From NCBI RefSeq assembly GCF_009914755.1, contig NC_060931.1: a stretch of 64,000 nt of DNA. One strand, 5' to 3'. The notes under the pieces were generated by a model, which was given only the letters and a program-made list of their open reading frames with translations, was not told the DNA's origin and made no database searches. The DNA is from the human T2T-CHM13v2.0 reference genome, Homo sapiens. Shown in pieces: positions 15,770 to 32,466 of the stretch. Numbering within the stretch: the stretch's first letter is position 1; every line of letters starts with the position of its first letter. Made by a program: the position numbers and the translations under genes.

Positions 15770-16070
15770 ATTTGGGTTGATGATGATGTCTTAGGATTGG
15801 TGCTGGTGTTGTAGTTATATAGGAAAATAATCTTCATTTTGGGAGGATTCATTCTGAAGTATTTAGTGGTGAAATGTCAAGATACATATTGACTACTTTT
15901 AAATGCTTTGACAAAAGAGAAGTATGTGCTATGTACAGAGGAGATGGAGCAGTTGTGACAATTTTTACATCTTTGAATGTAATAGAAAGACATATGATTG
16001 TTATGCTCTTCTGCTTTTGCTGAGTTTGAACATTTTGGAATAAACTAAAAATAAATAAATAACACCGTAT
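15770..16070 (+). mobile_element. Old L1M (L1ME/MC-like) 3' fragment
   Basis: GTTATATAGGAAAATAATCTTCATTTT...CTGAAGTATTTAGTGGTGAAATGTCAAGAT, typical of L1ME/MC 3' UTRs. Confidence 0.5.
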
Positions 16071-17120
16071 CCCATGAACAACAAACAAAAGGTGCTGGAG
16101 AAGATAGTATAGTGAGATCACATATTTATTGTTGCTTCCTTTTGTGACCGCATTGAAATAAAAATGAAATGAATGTAAGGAAAATGTCTGCATATTACTA
16201 ACTTCTAGAATCAGAAAGTGCATGGAAAAGGGGTGCTTAATGATGTGTAGAGGAGGAAGTCACACCTAGAATGTGCATGAAGGGGAGACCTACTCTGTCT
16301 GGAGATCCTCTGGACTCAATTACCATGGAGGGTAGAAATAGGAGGAGAGACTTTAAATCTTTCCACTTTTCATGTAAGAATTACCCCAAACTCAGCACTT
16401 ACTGACAAGCAGAACTATTAGGGAACTACTCTGAAAAGAAATAAAAATAATAAGTATGATTAGTTAATGCTGGTACTTCAAAATGGAGCCCTAATTATTC
16501 TGGCATTCGAGATTCTCTAGCATAAGAGCTCTCTCCCTCCCCGTTATCCATAAAGCAAATGCACCAATTAATTCCTGCTTACATATTCAGAACTCTCCAT
16601 CAATAATCTAGTGTTACAGTAACTACAAACAGAAAATCAAGAATCACTATATATTTGATGAGTGCTTGCAAAATGAAAAAGTACAAAAATAAACAAATTT
16701 TAAAGATTACTTTGGAGGACAAAGAAAATTCATAAAACAAAAGAAGATTAAAAATAAATAAGGAAACAAACAACAAATCCCAAATATTTAATATTTACTC
16801 TTAGAGAGATTCAAGGAGAATTATATTCTTAAAATAAGAACAAAATGGAATGAAAAGAAAGAGTCAGAAATACAAGAGCCCTTAAACATTAAAACATGAG
16901 TATTATATTAATATATTAACATTAATGTTGAAAGATAAAGTCAATGGAATTATCGAGGAAGTCACCCTAAGAAGTCCAGCATGTTAATGACTGGTATTCT
17001 AGAAAGAGAAAATGATGAGAGAATACTATCAAAGAGATATTAATATTACTACTAATGGTAATAATATTACTGATAATACTCACATTGCAACTGATAATAC
17101 TAATATTACAACCAATAATG

Positions 17121-17353
17121 CAAATTGTGCATCCCAAATACAAAAAATCTGAAATCTGAAGTGCTCCCAAATCCAAAACTTTTTGACCACTGACATCATG
17201 CTCAAAGAAAATGCTCACTGTAGCATTTCAGATTTCGGATTTTTGAATTTGGGATGCTCAACCAGTATAATGCAAATATTCTCAAATTCAAAAAAGATCC
17301 CAAATCAAAAACAGTCTGGTCATCAGCATTTTGGATAACGAATACTCAACCTG
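17121..17353 (-). mobile_element. Tigger4a/MER46A (Zombi) non-autonomous DNA transposon
   Basis: ~233 bp; terminal GCATTTTGGATAACGAATACTCAACCTG followed by TA; internal ACTGACATCATGCTCAAAG. Confidence 0.85.
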
Positions 17354-17904
17354 TAATAACAATAATAATATGTTGCCCTACTGGTTAACAAATATATTAA
17401 CTAATATAATTCTCTCATCAGAAAAGTTTTAAACAATTACCTGTGGCTTGAAGGCAGTACAGTGGTAGTATGATGCCAGAGTGTATGCCCATAACCATTA
17501 CTGAAAAACATTAGTCATTAAGTTGACAGGACCATTAAGTGCTTAGGCCAGTAATTTTAAGCAGTCCAAGAGGACAAAAAAAATGGTAAAATTTCATAAC
17601 ATCAAGGAAAAATGACAAACCTGTAAGTTTCCAAAGATGGAAAAGAAAAATCAACCACAGCTAGTCAGCTAAAATGGAAAAAGTAATCAGAAAGGTATTA
17701 TATTTCTTAGTACTTAACCCTAATGTTGGAAGACAACATTCAAAGTTCTGAGAAAAAAAGTACTTCTGGACTTAGAATTTTATACTTAGTCAAAATGTTA
17801 CATATGAGTAAGAGAAAATAAATAGATTTTTAGACATTCAAGGACTGTAGTATTTACCCTTTCCTAGGAAGTTTCATTAGAATGTATTCCAGCAATATAA
17901 AAAA

Positions 17905-18795
17905 AGATATATCTGACAAAGGACAGCAATATGAGGGAATGATATATCTTCAAATATTTAAAAGAATTCTGAAGAATTCTTACAACTCAATAATAAGATA
18001 ATCAACCCAATTAAAAATGAGCAAAAGAATTTTAAACAGGTACTTCACAAAAGGAGATCTACAAATGACCAATGAGCATATAAAAGCATATAAACATCAT
18101 TCATTATTAGGGAAATATAAAATAAAAATGGCTGTGACTTACCATTACATACCCAATAGAATGGCTGAAATTAAAATAGTGACAATATCAAGTTTTGGCA
18201 AGGTGGTAGAGCAATTAGAACTCTCATATTTGCTAGCTGGGTTGTAAAATGGTACAACTACTTTGGAAAACAGTTTGGCAGCTTTGTATTAAAAAAAATG
18301 CAGTCCCACAAGTCTACTTTAGCTTTTTAACCAAGATAAACGCAAACCTATGTCATTACAAAGAATTATACATGACTGTTCATTGAGCATTATTATAACA
18401 GTCCTAAAGTAGAAACATTAACAGGTGAAATTGATAAACAAATTGTGATACAGCCATATAACTGGACAAACTACTGATACAGGAACAACACAGTTAGATC
18501 TCAAAGATAGTATACTAAGTGGAAAAGGACAGACACACAAGAATATGCATGGTATAATTGCATTTATATGAAATTATAGAAAAGGAACCTCTAATCTGTA
18601 GTAAAAGGAAGTAATTCTATCTTGCAGGAGGTGCAAGGGATTGAATACGAGTGTGCATAAGGGAATTTTTCTGTGTGATGTTGTGGGTGGTGGACATTTG
18701 CCAGCTTTATATATTTGCCAAAACTTGTTGAACTGTGCTAAAGTGGATACATTGTTGTATGTAAATTATATTTCAATAGAGTTGATTTTAAAAAA
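17905..18795 (+). mobile_element. L1M (MB/ME-like) 3' region
   Basis: CTTACAACTCAATAATAAG...AACCCAATTAAAAATG, ending GTATGTAAATTATATTTCAATAGAGTTGATTTTAAAAAA. Confidence 0.8.
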
Positions 18796-18984
18796 GAGGA
18801 AAGCATGAGATTCAGGAAGGAATATATTCCTTCAAATATTAGTTAAGGGAAGTCCCAGAATGGTAATTGTATAGACTTGGAAAACAGTCAAAATTGGAGC
18901 AGAGAGATGGAGGGTTCTTCAGGAATTTGTCTAGAAAAAAGTGTAATAACTAGAAAAGAAATATGACTAAGTACTTGAAAAATT

Positions 18985-19049
18985 TTTTATTTATTTGATT
19001 TTTTTGTTTTAAGTTCTGGGGTATATGTGCAGGATGTGCAGGTTTGTGC
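18985..19049 (-). mobile_element. Extremely short L1PA 3'-end insertion
   Basis: T-rich tail plus TTAAGTTCTGGGGTATATGTGCAGGATGTGCAGGTTTGT; flanked by AAAAATTT on both sides. Confidence 0.75.
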
Positions 19050-19516
19050 AAAAATTTAATAATGTGCAGAATGCAGTTAGTGGGCTGTAAAAAAAAAAAA
19101 GAAAGAAAAAACTCATCCAACTGAATTTAATGTTAAGTACATTCTCCACTGAATGGCTCAACTATGTAAACATTGTATGATGATGTTAATACTGCATATT
19201 CAACTTTAGAGGATCATTTTTAAAAATCTTGACAATGCCAAAACAAATGCAAAGCTGACATAGGTTGAGAGGTAGAAACAGTTGAGTAGAAATGAAACCA
19301 AGAGGTAAAGACTATTGTTGATAAACAAGAAATGAAGGTTCAAGTATGTTTTTTGAAGCTGTTGAGGTTACCAGTAGAAGGAATGAGAATAATGTTCACT
19401 ATTTGGGGTGGAAAGGAAAGGGGCAGCGGGAGATATTTAAATAAAATAATCCCTAGCTATTATAACAATCAATAGAAAATGTCTACGTTTTTTAAATCAA
19501 GAAATAGCAGAGTAAG

Positions 19517-20247
<731 letters not shown>

Positions 20248-21211
20248 GTAATCATAAATATGTTTTTTAAATAGATATGAGAGTAACCACAAGAAGAAAC
20301 AAAACCAGTTAAAAGTCACTGCTACTGGGAAGAGCATTTGTAAGGAGGGAGTGATAGAACAGATTTCTCTTATTTTTCTTCATCAAATTATCTGCACTTG
20401 AAATTGAATACTTCAATGTATTACTGAATTAGAAATTTTTTTAAAAGTAGCTAAATTAAAAAGTTTCCAGGTCAAACATAAGTGAGTGGATAATTAGGTA
20501 GGGAGTTTAGATGACTGAAAATAGGTCAAATTCAATCTGAACACAAAGATTTGAACTTCATATAGGACTACGTATCCCAAAGGGCACAATTGTGTGAGGT
20601 GATAGGTCTAGTAAAAGACTCAATAACTAAGTTGAATTGCTCTAATTTAAAGACTCGTTTTGTAATAATAAAAAGAACTGACCTTGAATTATGTTACTAA
20701 GCGTATAATGTGGTAATGTCTCCTCTCTAAGAAACAAATGAAAGGCCAAAGTTCTGAGATCTCCCTCCCTTATGATTCAGCTCTTTTATAGAGGAAATAA
20801 AAAGAATTGAAAGTAGGAGGAGAGTGCCTAGTGTTTAAGCACATGGAGGAATCAGCCTAAGTAATGTTCTTTTTGCCTTTGCTGGCTCCAAAAGAGTCTG
20901 TAGAGATTGTAGATGTCTCCTGTCTAGGAGTTTCCTCACCTTGATTTTGCTCCACCTCAGAACGTTTCCAATAATCGCAAACCCAAGTCAGTTTCAAATG
21001 GCTTTACATGAATCAGAAAGTGAATGACTGATATATACATGTGAGGTAGATACATGTATAAAAATTAGTAGCTGATGGGTGACAGAATCACTGACTAAGC
21101 CTGATTACCACCAGAGATTCTGATTCAATAGGTATGAGATGGAGGCAGAGAAGCTGTATTTTTTTTTAAATGTCATAAGCCATATACAAGTAACCAAAGA
21201 ACAGATTTTAA

Positions 21212-21650
<439 letters not shown>

Positions 21651-22244
21651 TAATAAATTGGCTTTTGGCTTTGCTCAGAGGGACTGTGTTCTCCAAGCAC
21701 GGTTTTCCCTTAGCAAGTAAGAAATTCAACTTTGTAATAGATATTATGAGAGGTGTAGTCACTTCCCCTGACAATCGTCAAATGATTCTGACCTCTGCCT
21801 TCATGTTTTTTCCAGAGTTGAAATGTAGTGCAGAATCACCTAGACAAATAGTCTCCAAGCCAAGCCCGTCTTCCTTTCCTGATTTTGATTCAATGGACTC
21901 ACTTTACACTCCCGTGTGGTAGCTGCCCAGGGTTGGTCTCAGCACCTATCTCTTTACATGGCAAACCTTGTGTTGGTACATGGAGAAATGAGAGAAATAA
22001 GGACAATATTCATAAATCAGGTCAAGTTTATTGAAGTAAATAAAAATGATCCCCAGAGTGTGTAATATAAGGGGTTATTTTCTGGAAAAATTCTATGAAA
22101 CCATCACATTTACAAGGTATTGAAAGTTAAGCATTGAATACAAAATTCAAGGGATTTGTTGAAAGAAAATATTTTTTCTTAAAGCATAACTTAAAACCGT
22201 GCATTGTTTTGTAAGTAGAAAATGTCCTTAAAAGCATTTAGAGA

Positions 22245-24250
22245 AATTGGACTTTATCAAAATTAAAAACTTTTGCTCAGTGAAAGATCCTGTTAAAAGA
22301 ATGAAAAGGCAAGCAACAGACTGGGAGAAAAAATATATTTGACAAAAGTCTTGTATCTAGAATATGTAATTTTGAAATGACTTTCAAAATTCAACATTAA
22401 TTCAAAAAAACTCATTTAGAAAATGGGCAAAAGATAGGAATAAATGTTTCACCAAAAAGGATATACAGATGGCAAATAAGCACATGAAAAGATGTTCATC
22501 ACTAGCCATTAGAAAAATGCACGTTAAAACCACAATGAGATATCACCACACACCTATCGGAATGGTTAAAATCAAACAGTGGCCCACCAAATGCTGGTGA
22601 GATTGCAGAGTACCAGGATCATTCACGCATCACTGGCAGGACAGTACCAATGACATAGGCGTTCTGGAAAATAGTTTAGTAGTTTCTTTTAAAGCTGAAA
22701 GTGGATGTGCCATAGAGCCCAGCCATTTTCCTCATGGGTATATATCCTAGAGAAATGAAAACTTATTTTCACATAGAAACTGATACGTGAATGTTCAGCT
22801 TTATTTGTAATAGCCTAATACTGGAAACTACCCGAATGTTCTTCAATAGGTTAATGGTTATAGAAACTGTGGTACATCCGTATTATGGAATACTAATCAG
22901 CAATAAAAAGAAATGGTCTGTTGATACATATAATAATCTCTATGAACTTCTAGAAAATTATGCTGAATGAGAAAAGCCAATCTGAAAAAGTTACGTACTA
23001 CATGGTTTACTCATATAATAATTGCTAAATGACATAATTACAGCTCTGTGCCCCAAAACAATGATTCGGTCAGTGATGGACTGCATATATGATGGTGGTC
23101 CCATAAGATTATAATGGACTTGAAAAATTCCTGTCACCTACTGTCACATAGCCATGGTATTGTCATAGTGCAATGCCTTTACTCACCTGTTTTTTGGTGA
23201 TGGGGGTGTAAACAAACCTACTGCTCTGCCAATCCTATGAAAGTCTAGCACATACAATTATGTACAGTATATAATACTTGATAATGATAATAAAGAACTA
23301 TGTTACTGCTTTCTGTATTTGCTACAGTATATTTTTGTGGTTATTTTAGAGTGTACTCCTTGTACCTATTAAAAAAAAGGTAACTGTAAAACTGCCTGAG
23401 GCAAGGCCTTCAGAAGTTATTCCAGAAGGTCTTGTTATCATAGGAGATGACAGCTCCATGCACGCTATCGTGTATTGTGTATTGGACAGTATGTTCTAGT
23501 CTTTCACATTCACTCACCACTCACTCATGACTTACCTAAGGCAACTTCCAGTCCTGCAAGTTCCATTTGTGGTAATTGACCTCTACAGGTGTACAATTTT
23601 TTATCTTTTATATCATATTTTCACTGTACCTTTTCTATGTTTAAATATATTTAGATGCACAAATACTTACCATTGTGTTACAACTGCCTACAGTATTCGG
23701 CACAGTAACATACTACACAGGTTTGTATCCTGGAAGTAATAGGCTGTACATATATAGCCTAGATGTGTAGAAAACTATAGCATCTAGGATTGTGTATGCA
23801 CACTCTATGATGTTCACGCAATGACAAAATCTCCAAATGACACATTTCTCAGAACATATTCTCGTTTTAAGTGATATATGACTGTGTATAAAGAGAGAGA
23901 ACAGATTAGTAGTTGCCAGGGTTTAAGGATGAGGGTGGTGGGTGTGGCTATAAAGGGTAACACAGGGGCGTTTTGTGGTGAAGGAACTGCTTTCTATCTT
24001 GACTGTAGTGATGGATGCATGAATCTACACACATGCTAAAAGTGCATAGAACCAAATACATACACACACAAGTGCATGTATAACTGGCAAAATCTGAATA
24101 AGCTCTATGGTTTGTACCAATGCGAATTTATAATAATATTGTACTATAGTTATGTAACATGTTAACACTGGGGTAAGGTTTATGCACCCGAAGGGCACAC
24201 ATGATCTTTCTGTCCATTTCTTTGCAACTTCCTGTGAATCGATAATTATT
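22245..24250 (+). mobile_element. L1MC/L1MD-like 3' region, split by Tigger3
   Basis: TTGGACTTTATCAAAATTAAAAACTTTTGCTC ... GCAACTTCCTGTGAATCGATAATTATTT. Confidence 0.85.
23041..23884 (+). mobile_element. Tigger3b/GOLEM-type (MER7) DNA transposon, internally deleted
   Basis: GATGGTGGTCCCATAAGATTATAATGG near the start, ..TAAGTGATATATGACTG at the end, TA target on the left. Confidence 0.88.
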
Positions 24251-24552
24251 TTATTTTATTTTATTTTATTTAGACGGAGGAGTCTCGCTTTGTCGCCCAG
24301 GGTGGAGTGCAGTGGCATGATCTGAACTCACTGCAACCTCTGCCTCCTGGGTTCAAGTGATTCTTCTGCCTCAGCCTCCCAAGTAGCTGGGATTACAGGT
24401 GTGTGCCACCAGGCCCAGCTAAGATTTTTTGTATTTTTAGTAGAGATGGGGTTTCACCATGTTGGCCAGACTGGTCTTGAACTCCTGACCTCAGGTGATC
24501 AGGTGGCCTTCCAAAGTGCTGGGATTACAGGCGTGAGCCACCCTGCCCGGTG
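24251..24552 (-). mobile_element. AluSx-like
   Basis: (TTTTA)n tail; TSD ATAATTATTT/ATAATCATTT; small deletion in the left arm. Confidence 0.95.
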
Positions 24553-24883
24553 TATAATCATTTTAAAATAAGAAGCTAAACATTAATGATGTAGCTTGTT
24601 TCAAAGTCTGAGAAGTCATTTATAATTATTGGAAATTAATCCATGTTTAAAATGTGTTGCTTTGGGCAGGTTATGATTCAGTAGCTTAAAAAAATAATCC
24701 ATTACCTCTCAAAAAATACCACTCCGAAAAACTGAAAGATAGACATCAGCTGGTAGAGATCTTATAACATAGATCAAATATATTAGAAAATCAATTTTTA
24801 AAAAAATAAACAGTTCAAGGTAATAGTATAAAATAAAATATTATTATTTTTGTCTATCCAAAACTTAAAAGAAAATATTTTGA

Positions 24884-25251
<368 letters not shown>

Positions 25252-25338
25252 CAAAAATTTTAAATATTTTATTTTTTGTTTGATTTTTATTCCAATTTAG
25301 TTTTTTAAAAACATAGTTTAAAAAATAATTTTTATTAA

Positions 25339-25741
<403 letters not shown>

Positions 25742-25750
25742 AAAATATAA

Positions 25751-26059
<309 letters not shown>

Positions 26060-26415
26060 TAAAATACTTGATTAATAATGTGAGAAATACATTTGCTATA
26101 ATGAACAGGGTACAGCTGGGTTTAAATTTTATTTTTATGTACATGGAATTCTGTTGAAAGGAGAAATAAAAATGTCGGTTCTTATCACACAGACAGCATG
26201 AAGAAATGATACACATTTTTCTACTTCTCCTTGTGTTTTTGGTTAGAATTTCTAAACGCTTGTCTTTTCTTGGGCCAAATCAGAATTGCCTCGAAAAATT
26301 CCGTGCTGACAGATTTTCCAGCAGTGGCTTGAGTTTCAGTGTGGCAAGTGGAGTTGATTTCTGTTCTACAATTAAAATGTCACAGTTAAGAAAATTGATT
26401 AAAAAGGGAACACAA

Positions 26416-26778
<363 letters not shown>

Positions 26779-27975
26779 TCAAAATGAAACCAGATTAATG
26801 TATAAATTTGAAATTAGTTTTCCTATCTATGATATATTTTGTAATTATGAAAATTTTAGGGTGCCATATTTATTTTAAACTGTTTATTTTCCAGCAGAAT
26901 TTTTGGGTCCCAGTGTTTTGTAGACTTTATTTATTTAGGATGCTCATCGTCCTCACGTCTCCTATCTGAAAGCACCAGCAATCATCTTAGTGTCAGCTTC
27001 TAGTTAAAATTTCCCCATAATCCACTCACCAGAATTTGTTGCATGACTTCTAGTCCTTCTCGGAGAATGCTGAATACCAAAAGCCATAAAGCTCACTGGT
27101 AAAACCATGCCTTTTTCTGTTTCTCTTCTTTAAAGAACTTTCTCCTCTGGTTGTTCTGTGTGCGCAAAACTTGTGTATCAGGTCTTATTCTCACTCAACC
27201 AGTATTTTTAAATATGCCTCAGTCATCTCGAACATAGTAATATAATGTACTAAAATTACTAAATTTATCGCTTAGGTTAATATTCCAGGCAACATGCAAA
27301 TTGATATATTCACATGTACCTCAGGCCTGGAAAACAAGTTCCAGCTTAAACCTTAAAAAGAAATCTCATAAATTTTAATTGTACTTTCTATTAACATGTA
27401 ATTAGCGTTCTTGATATTTCTGGAGCTGAAGGGGTATATGATTATGGATTTGCTATAGGGAGACTTGTGTGTTTTCACACAGATAAGCCATATGGCCAAG
27501 AAGCCATCGTGTACTGTTTACTGTATGTTAGAATCAGATGAATTTAATTGAAAAGCACAGTTATCTAGGAGCTTTGACAATTACTTGGAATTTATTTAGT
27601 GGCTCAACTCTGGCCTTCATAGATGTTACATAGCTATGGTAAATGTTTGCAATAAACTCAGCAGCATATATTTCTGGGTGATGAGGACAGCCCATTAGTG
27701 GAAGACTCAGGATCATTTTCTATGACAACTCTAGAAACTTAATCAGTTTCAGCCAATGCTTCCTTAAGAATGTGCTTATACCTCCTTGGCGTGGGAGATG
27801 CCTTTAGGTGTTGCATTCATAAATTTTTTAATAGTTATATATTTATGTTAATGTTTATTACAATTAACATAATTGTAAGCCCACGATTTCACATATATTA
27901 TTTCTTAAGGTAAACAAAGAAAAAACTGTAAATTTACTTAAATAAAATATTACATAAATAAAACTACATAATATG

Positions 27976-28285
27976 GGCCGGGCGCAGTGGCTCACGCCTG
28001 TAATCCCAGCACTTTGGGAGGCCAAGATGGGTGGATCACGAGGTCAGGAGATCGAGACCATCCTGGCTAACACGGTGAAACCCCATCTCTACTAAAAAAA
28101 CAAAAAAATTAGCCAGGTGTGGTGGTGGCAGGTGCCTATAGTCCCAGCTACGCAGGAGGCTGAGGCAGGAGAATGGCGTGAACCCAGGAGGCAGAGCTTG
28201 CAGTGAGCCGAGATCGCGCCACTGCACTTCAGCCTGGGCGACTGAGCGAGACTCTGTCTCAAAAAAAAAAACAAAAAAAAACAAA
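27976..28285 (+). mobile_element. AluY
   Basis: AluY diagnostics; clean TSD AAAACTACATAATATG. Confidence 0.97.
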
Positions 28286-28891
28286 AAACTACATAATATG
28301 TTAACATTATATGAAAATGGCAAAAAATTTTGAACAACTTTTTTGAGGGAATGAATTTTGTGAAATGATGTTTAAGATGTGGAGAAGAGTGTTAACACTA
28401 GAAGGAGGCAGAAGAAAACAGAAAATATAGTAACGCTTATTACTATAGGTACCATTTTATTGATGGTTATCTCATTTAAACAACTTCAAACATATGAGGT
28501 AGGTATTATTATCATAATTTGCAGGTTATAAACTCTTAAGTAAGTAGTGGAGTCAGAATTCAAACACAAGTCTCTCTGCTTCCAAAGCCCATACATTTTT
28601 CTCCTCAAAGAAAGAGAAAATAGAGAATCAGGCCAAATAGACATTTAGGAAGCTGTGTTTGATTTCTGGGTCTGGTACTGACTGAATAGCTTATTAACAA
28701 ATTGTTGCCTCCTATTTTTCATCTTTAATGGGCACAAGGACTGACCACTTGTAGTTTGCTTTGCAAATGCCAGAAGCCAATACCTGTAATATATACAGAG
28801 GTTTTCAAGTGAAAGATAAAGGCCGATTACTATATTATTATTTAAAAAATTTTAATTTAGCTCAGTAGTTCATCAGATCAAAGTATATTTA

Positions 28892-29118
<227 letters not shown>

Positions 29119-29413
29119 TTATAAAAATAAACAGATGTTTATGGGCGGTGTCATTCTAACTTTATTTTGTTGTTTTGATCAACAGTACGGTTCTTTGAAC
29201 TTAATTGTAAGATTTATGTTGGGGAAAACTCAATAGCAACTAATCACAAAAACCTGGCAATAAACAGAAATGTGGATAAGGAGGAAAAGCAGTATCAATT
29301 TTAAAAATAACTCTTAATAAAGTCTAGTTCAAAACTCCTCTTCATTACTTCTCTCAGAAAAGAGCCATACATTTTCAGTACAATTGAGAGTCTTGATTTT
29401 TCAATATATTCAT

Positions 29414-29771
29414 TATATTAGTCTGTTCTCAGTCTGTAATAAAGACATATTTGAGACTGGGTAACTTAATTGACTCACAGTTCAGCCTGGCTGGGTAGGC
29501 CTCAGGAAACTTACAATCATGGCAGAAAGGGGAAGCAAATATGTCCTTCTTCACATGGCGGCAGGAAGGAGAAGTGCAGAGCGAAGAGGAAGAAAGACCC
29601 TTATAAAACCATCAGATCTGGTGAGAACTCAATCACTGTCATGAGAACAGCATGAGGATAACTGTACCCATGATTCAATTACCTCCCACCAGGTCCCTTG
29701 CAGGACACATGGGGATTATGGAATTACAATTCAAGATGAGATTTGTGTGGGGACACAGGCAAACCATATCA
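29414..29771 (-). mobile_element. THE1D-like solo LTR (ERVL-MaLR)
   Basis: Ends AAACCATATCA (TGATATGG on the minus strand), GGCCTCAGGAAACTTACAATCATGGC; TSD TTCAT/CTCAT. Confidence 0.9.
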
Positions 29772-29839
29772 CTCATTATAAACATGCCAGTGAAATTGAG
29801 GTGTTCTTCCTCTTCTCCCTCAGGCCTCCAACAAGAACC

Positions 29840-30260
29840 ATTCCACACATCCCCAAACACTTTCACATGCACCACACATACACATACCACAAATGCATAA
29901 AGAACATGTGCTCCTCACACACACCACACCTATACAACTCACACACACAAACCCCACACATACAACTCACACACACAAGCCCCACACATACAACTCACAC
30001 ATGCAGCAAACACACACACACATACACACACCACTGTACTGACACCAACACCATTTGTGCCACACAAATGTACACACCACTCCATACATACCACATCACA
30101 CACCAAAGGCACTATACACATACACACACTACTCCACACACCACACCTTGAACAGGTACCACGCGTATACCACAGGCACCACACAAATGCACACACCACT
30201 CCCAATACACTCCCACACACACCACCACCATCCATATGTACAACCCCACACAGTCACGCC
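29840..30260. repeat. Degenerate CA-rich low-complexity tract
   Basis: ~420 bp of imperfect (CA)n/CACCA/CATA units. Confidence 0.9.
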
Positions 30261-30362
30261 TTAGAAACCAGGAAATGAGAGAAATAAGATTGCTTATTGA
30301 CATTTAAAATTTTAAACCTATGTTTAATAAATCAAAGTTGAAGTACACTAAATTGCCTTAAA

Positions 30363-30505
30363 GCTCTGTTTTCAAAATGCAGGAGAGTTTATGAGTAACC
30401 TGGGATGCTTACTAAAAATACAATAATGGCCCTGCCCCAAATTTGAAGTAGAATCCCCAGGGAAGAACTTGAAATCTGTGTGTTTAATGCACCTCTTAGG
30501 TAAAC
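30363..30505. mobile_element. MER5A-like hAT-Charlie relic
   Basis: ACCTGGGATGCTTACTAAAAATACA...GAAATCTGTGTGTTTAA. Confidence 0.5.
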
Positions 30506-31879
30506 CTTTTTGAGAAAAGATGATTCCCTAGTAAGACTTGTTTGTCACATGAGCGGGGCAGGGATGGATTTTCCTGAAACTGATGACACTTCAGGCCCCC
30601 CAAGTCCTAGGCTCCTCATATTCAAAACATCTGTGAATAATATCTACATCATACGTTTGAAGAAGGTGTTCTCTCGGGTAGTAGGAGGGGACAGCAGCCT
30701 CTGTCCCAAACTTGGGGTAAGGGATCCCTTCTAAACGGAGTGAGGTCAGTCCTGGGGCTGAGGGCAGGGCTCCTGCTACCAGGGCTACCTCCACTTTCAC
30801 CTCCATCAGCAGAAACCTGACCCTGGTCACGTGGAAATATGCTGTTGCTATTTGACCCCTAGGAAATTATCTGGACCAGAGACTGAAACACAGCTTGGAG
30901 GCTGCTAGGACCACTGCCTCCCTGCAGGACTGCTGTTCTTACTGGAGCAACTGCAGTAGCAGAGGGCCTTGCAGGTGACATCAGAGATATGGGCTTCTCC
31001 ATGGGACCCTTGCCCTGCTATTTGTCCCCTAGTGCCTGAGGAAGAAACAAGGGAGGAAGAAACAGATGTGGCATTACAAAACAACTTGAGAAGCTAAACT
31101 TCTCTAAACCTCTATAAAAAAAGACAAAAGACTGAAATATCTTTCCATTCTCTCTATAGAAAAAATTGTAATTGTATGAATAAGGGATCAAAAAATGTAG
31201 TAAAAATATTACATAGTGCATTAAGCAGTTAATATTAATATTCATGCAAATATATGATTTCTCTTTATTTTGTGTTGCTTTTCGTATTAGTCTTCTACAT
31301 TTGTAAATGTTAGTGATTTGTCATTCTAAATTAATGACCACTTTTATACCAAATTTTGTATTCATGTTTTTCAGAGAGATCCAAGTTATATAAACTTCAG
31401 TGCCAACCAAACCTGGATCTATCAATGGAATTATAGAAAATAAACAATCACACCAACATTGCCAAATTTTATTAATGAACTCATTATCTCAGGGAGATGC
31501 TGCTTTGCCCAGCTATGCCAGTTTCCTGCTTACTTCTCAGAGATACCAATTGTGTAGATTGAAACCTGTGTCTGTCAGTCAGAATCAGATTCCACTAAAT
31601 ATCTAAATCATATCCCACGATCATCAGCCACTTCCTGATGACTTGGCCTTCCATATAGATTTTTAAGAAGAGAGGATGTGCTGATCAGTTCTAGTTTCAT
31701 TGGCTGACGTGTGCTGGCACATTAAGAACCTGGTTTATTTATCAGTCCCTTGTGATCTGTTAGTGTGAATCTATGCTTTGGAAAGTAAGTCACTCTGGGA
31801 CAGGAAATCAAACTTTTAAACTAGAAAAACTACTGAGAGGCAGATGCTGGACCTTGCTGTATGCACCAGGGCAAACATT

Positions 31880-32264
31880 TCCTATGGAGAAGCGTTCATT
31901 ATACCAACTGCTAAAGTCTCACATCTGAGTACCTCTCAGGGCATTGCTCTCTGCTAATGAAAGCTGCCTCATCCAAGTTTACAAATGCTCACTAGGGGTA
32001 GATAACATCCAACGACTGCTGAATGTGGGAGATTAGTGGAGGCTTGGCCTTTCTTGTCTAATCCAAAATAACTCTGAAGACCCATTCTTGCTTCATAGCT
32101 CCCTGTGAGATCTTGTGAGGCTTGTTGCTACTGCATTGAAATTCTATCCAATCCTGCCTCTCTCACTCCCTTATAGGTGTTTGTCCTAAGATCATTTCCC
32201 AATAAGATTACTGCAAGCAAATTTCTGTTTCTTAATCTTTTTCTTGAGAACCTTGACTAAAACT
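31880..32264 (+). mobile_element. LTR16-family (ERVL) LTR
   Basis: AAAGCTGCCTCATCCAAG, AACTCTGAAG..CCATTC, CCAATCCTGCCTC, CCCAATAAG..CTGCAAGCAAAT as in the LTR16 3' end. Confidence 0.65.
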
Positions 32265-32466
32265 GTAATATACATTCATTATTTTTTACTTTGAAATGTG
32301 ACTTGTCATTTAAATTAATGTTTGAGCTTCTGATTTCCATCTTGTCTTTATTAGTGATACCAACAAAATAATATGTCCCATTCATGCAGCCATAAAACTG
32401 CTAATCTGAAATCTAGTTACACAGTCCCTTAGGTTTAAAGTGTATGGTTAAAGGCACAAATGCATG

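Noticed and set aside
29747-30303. His/Thr-rich and Val/Cys-rich ORFs
   Set aside because: Artefacts of the CA-rich low-complexity tract
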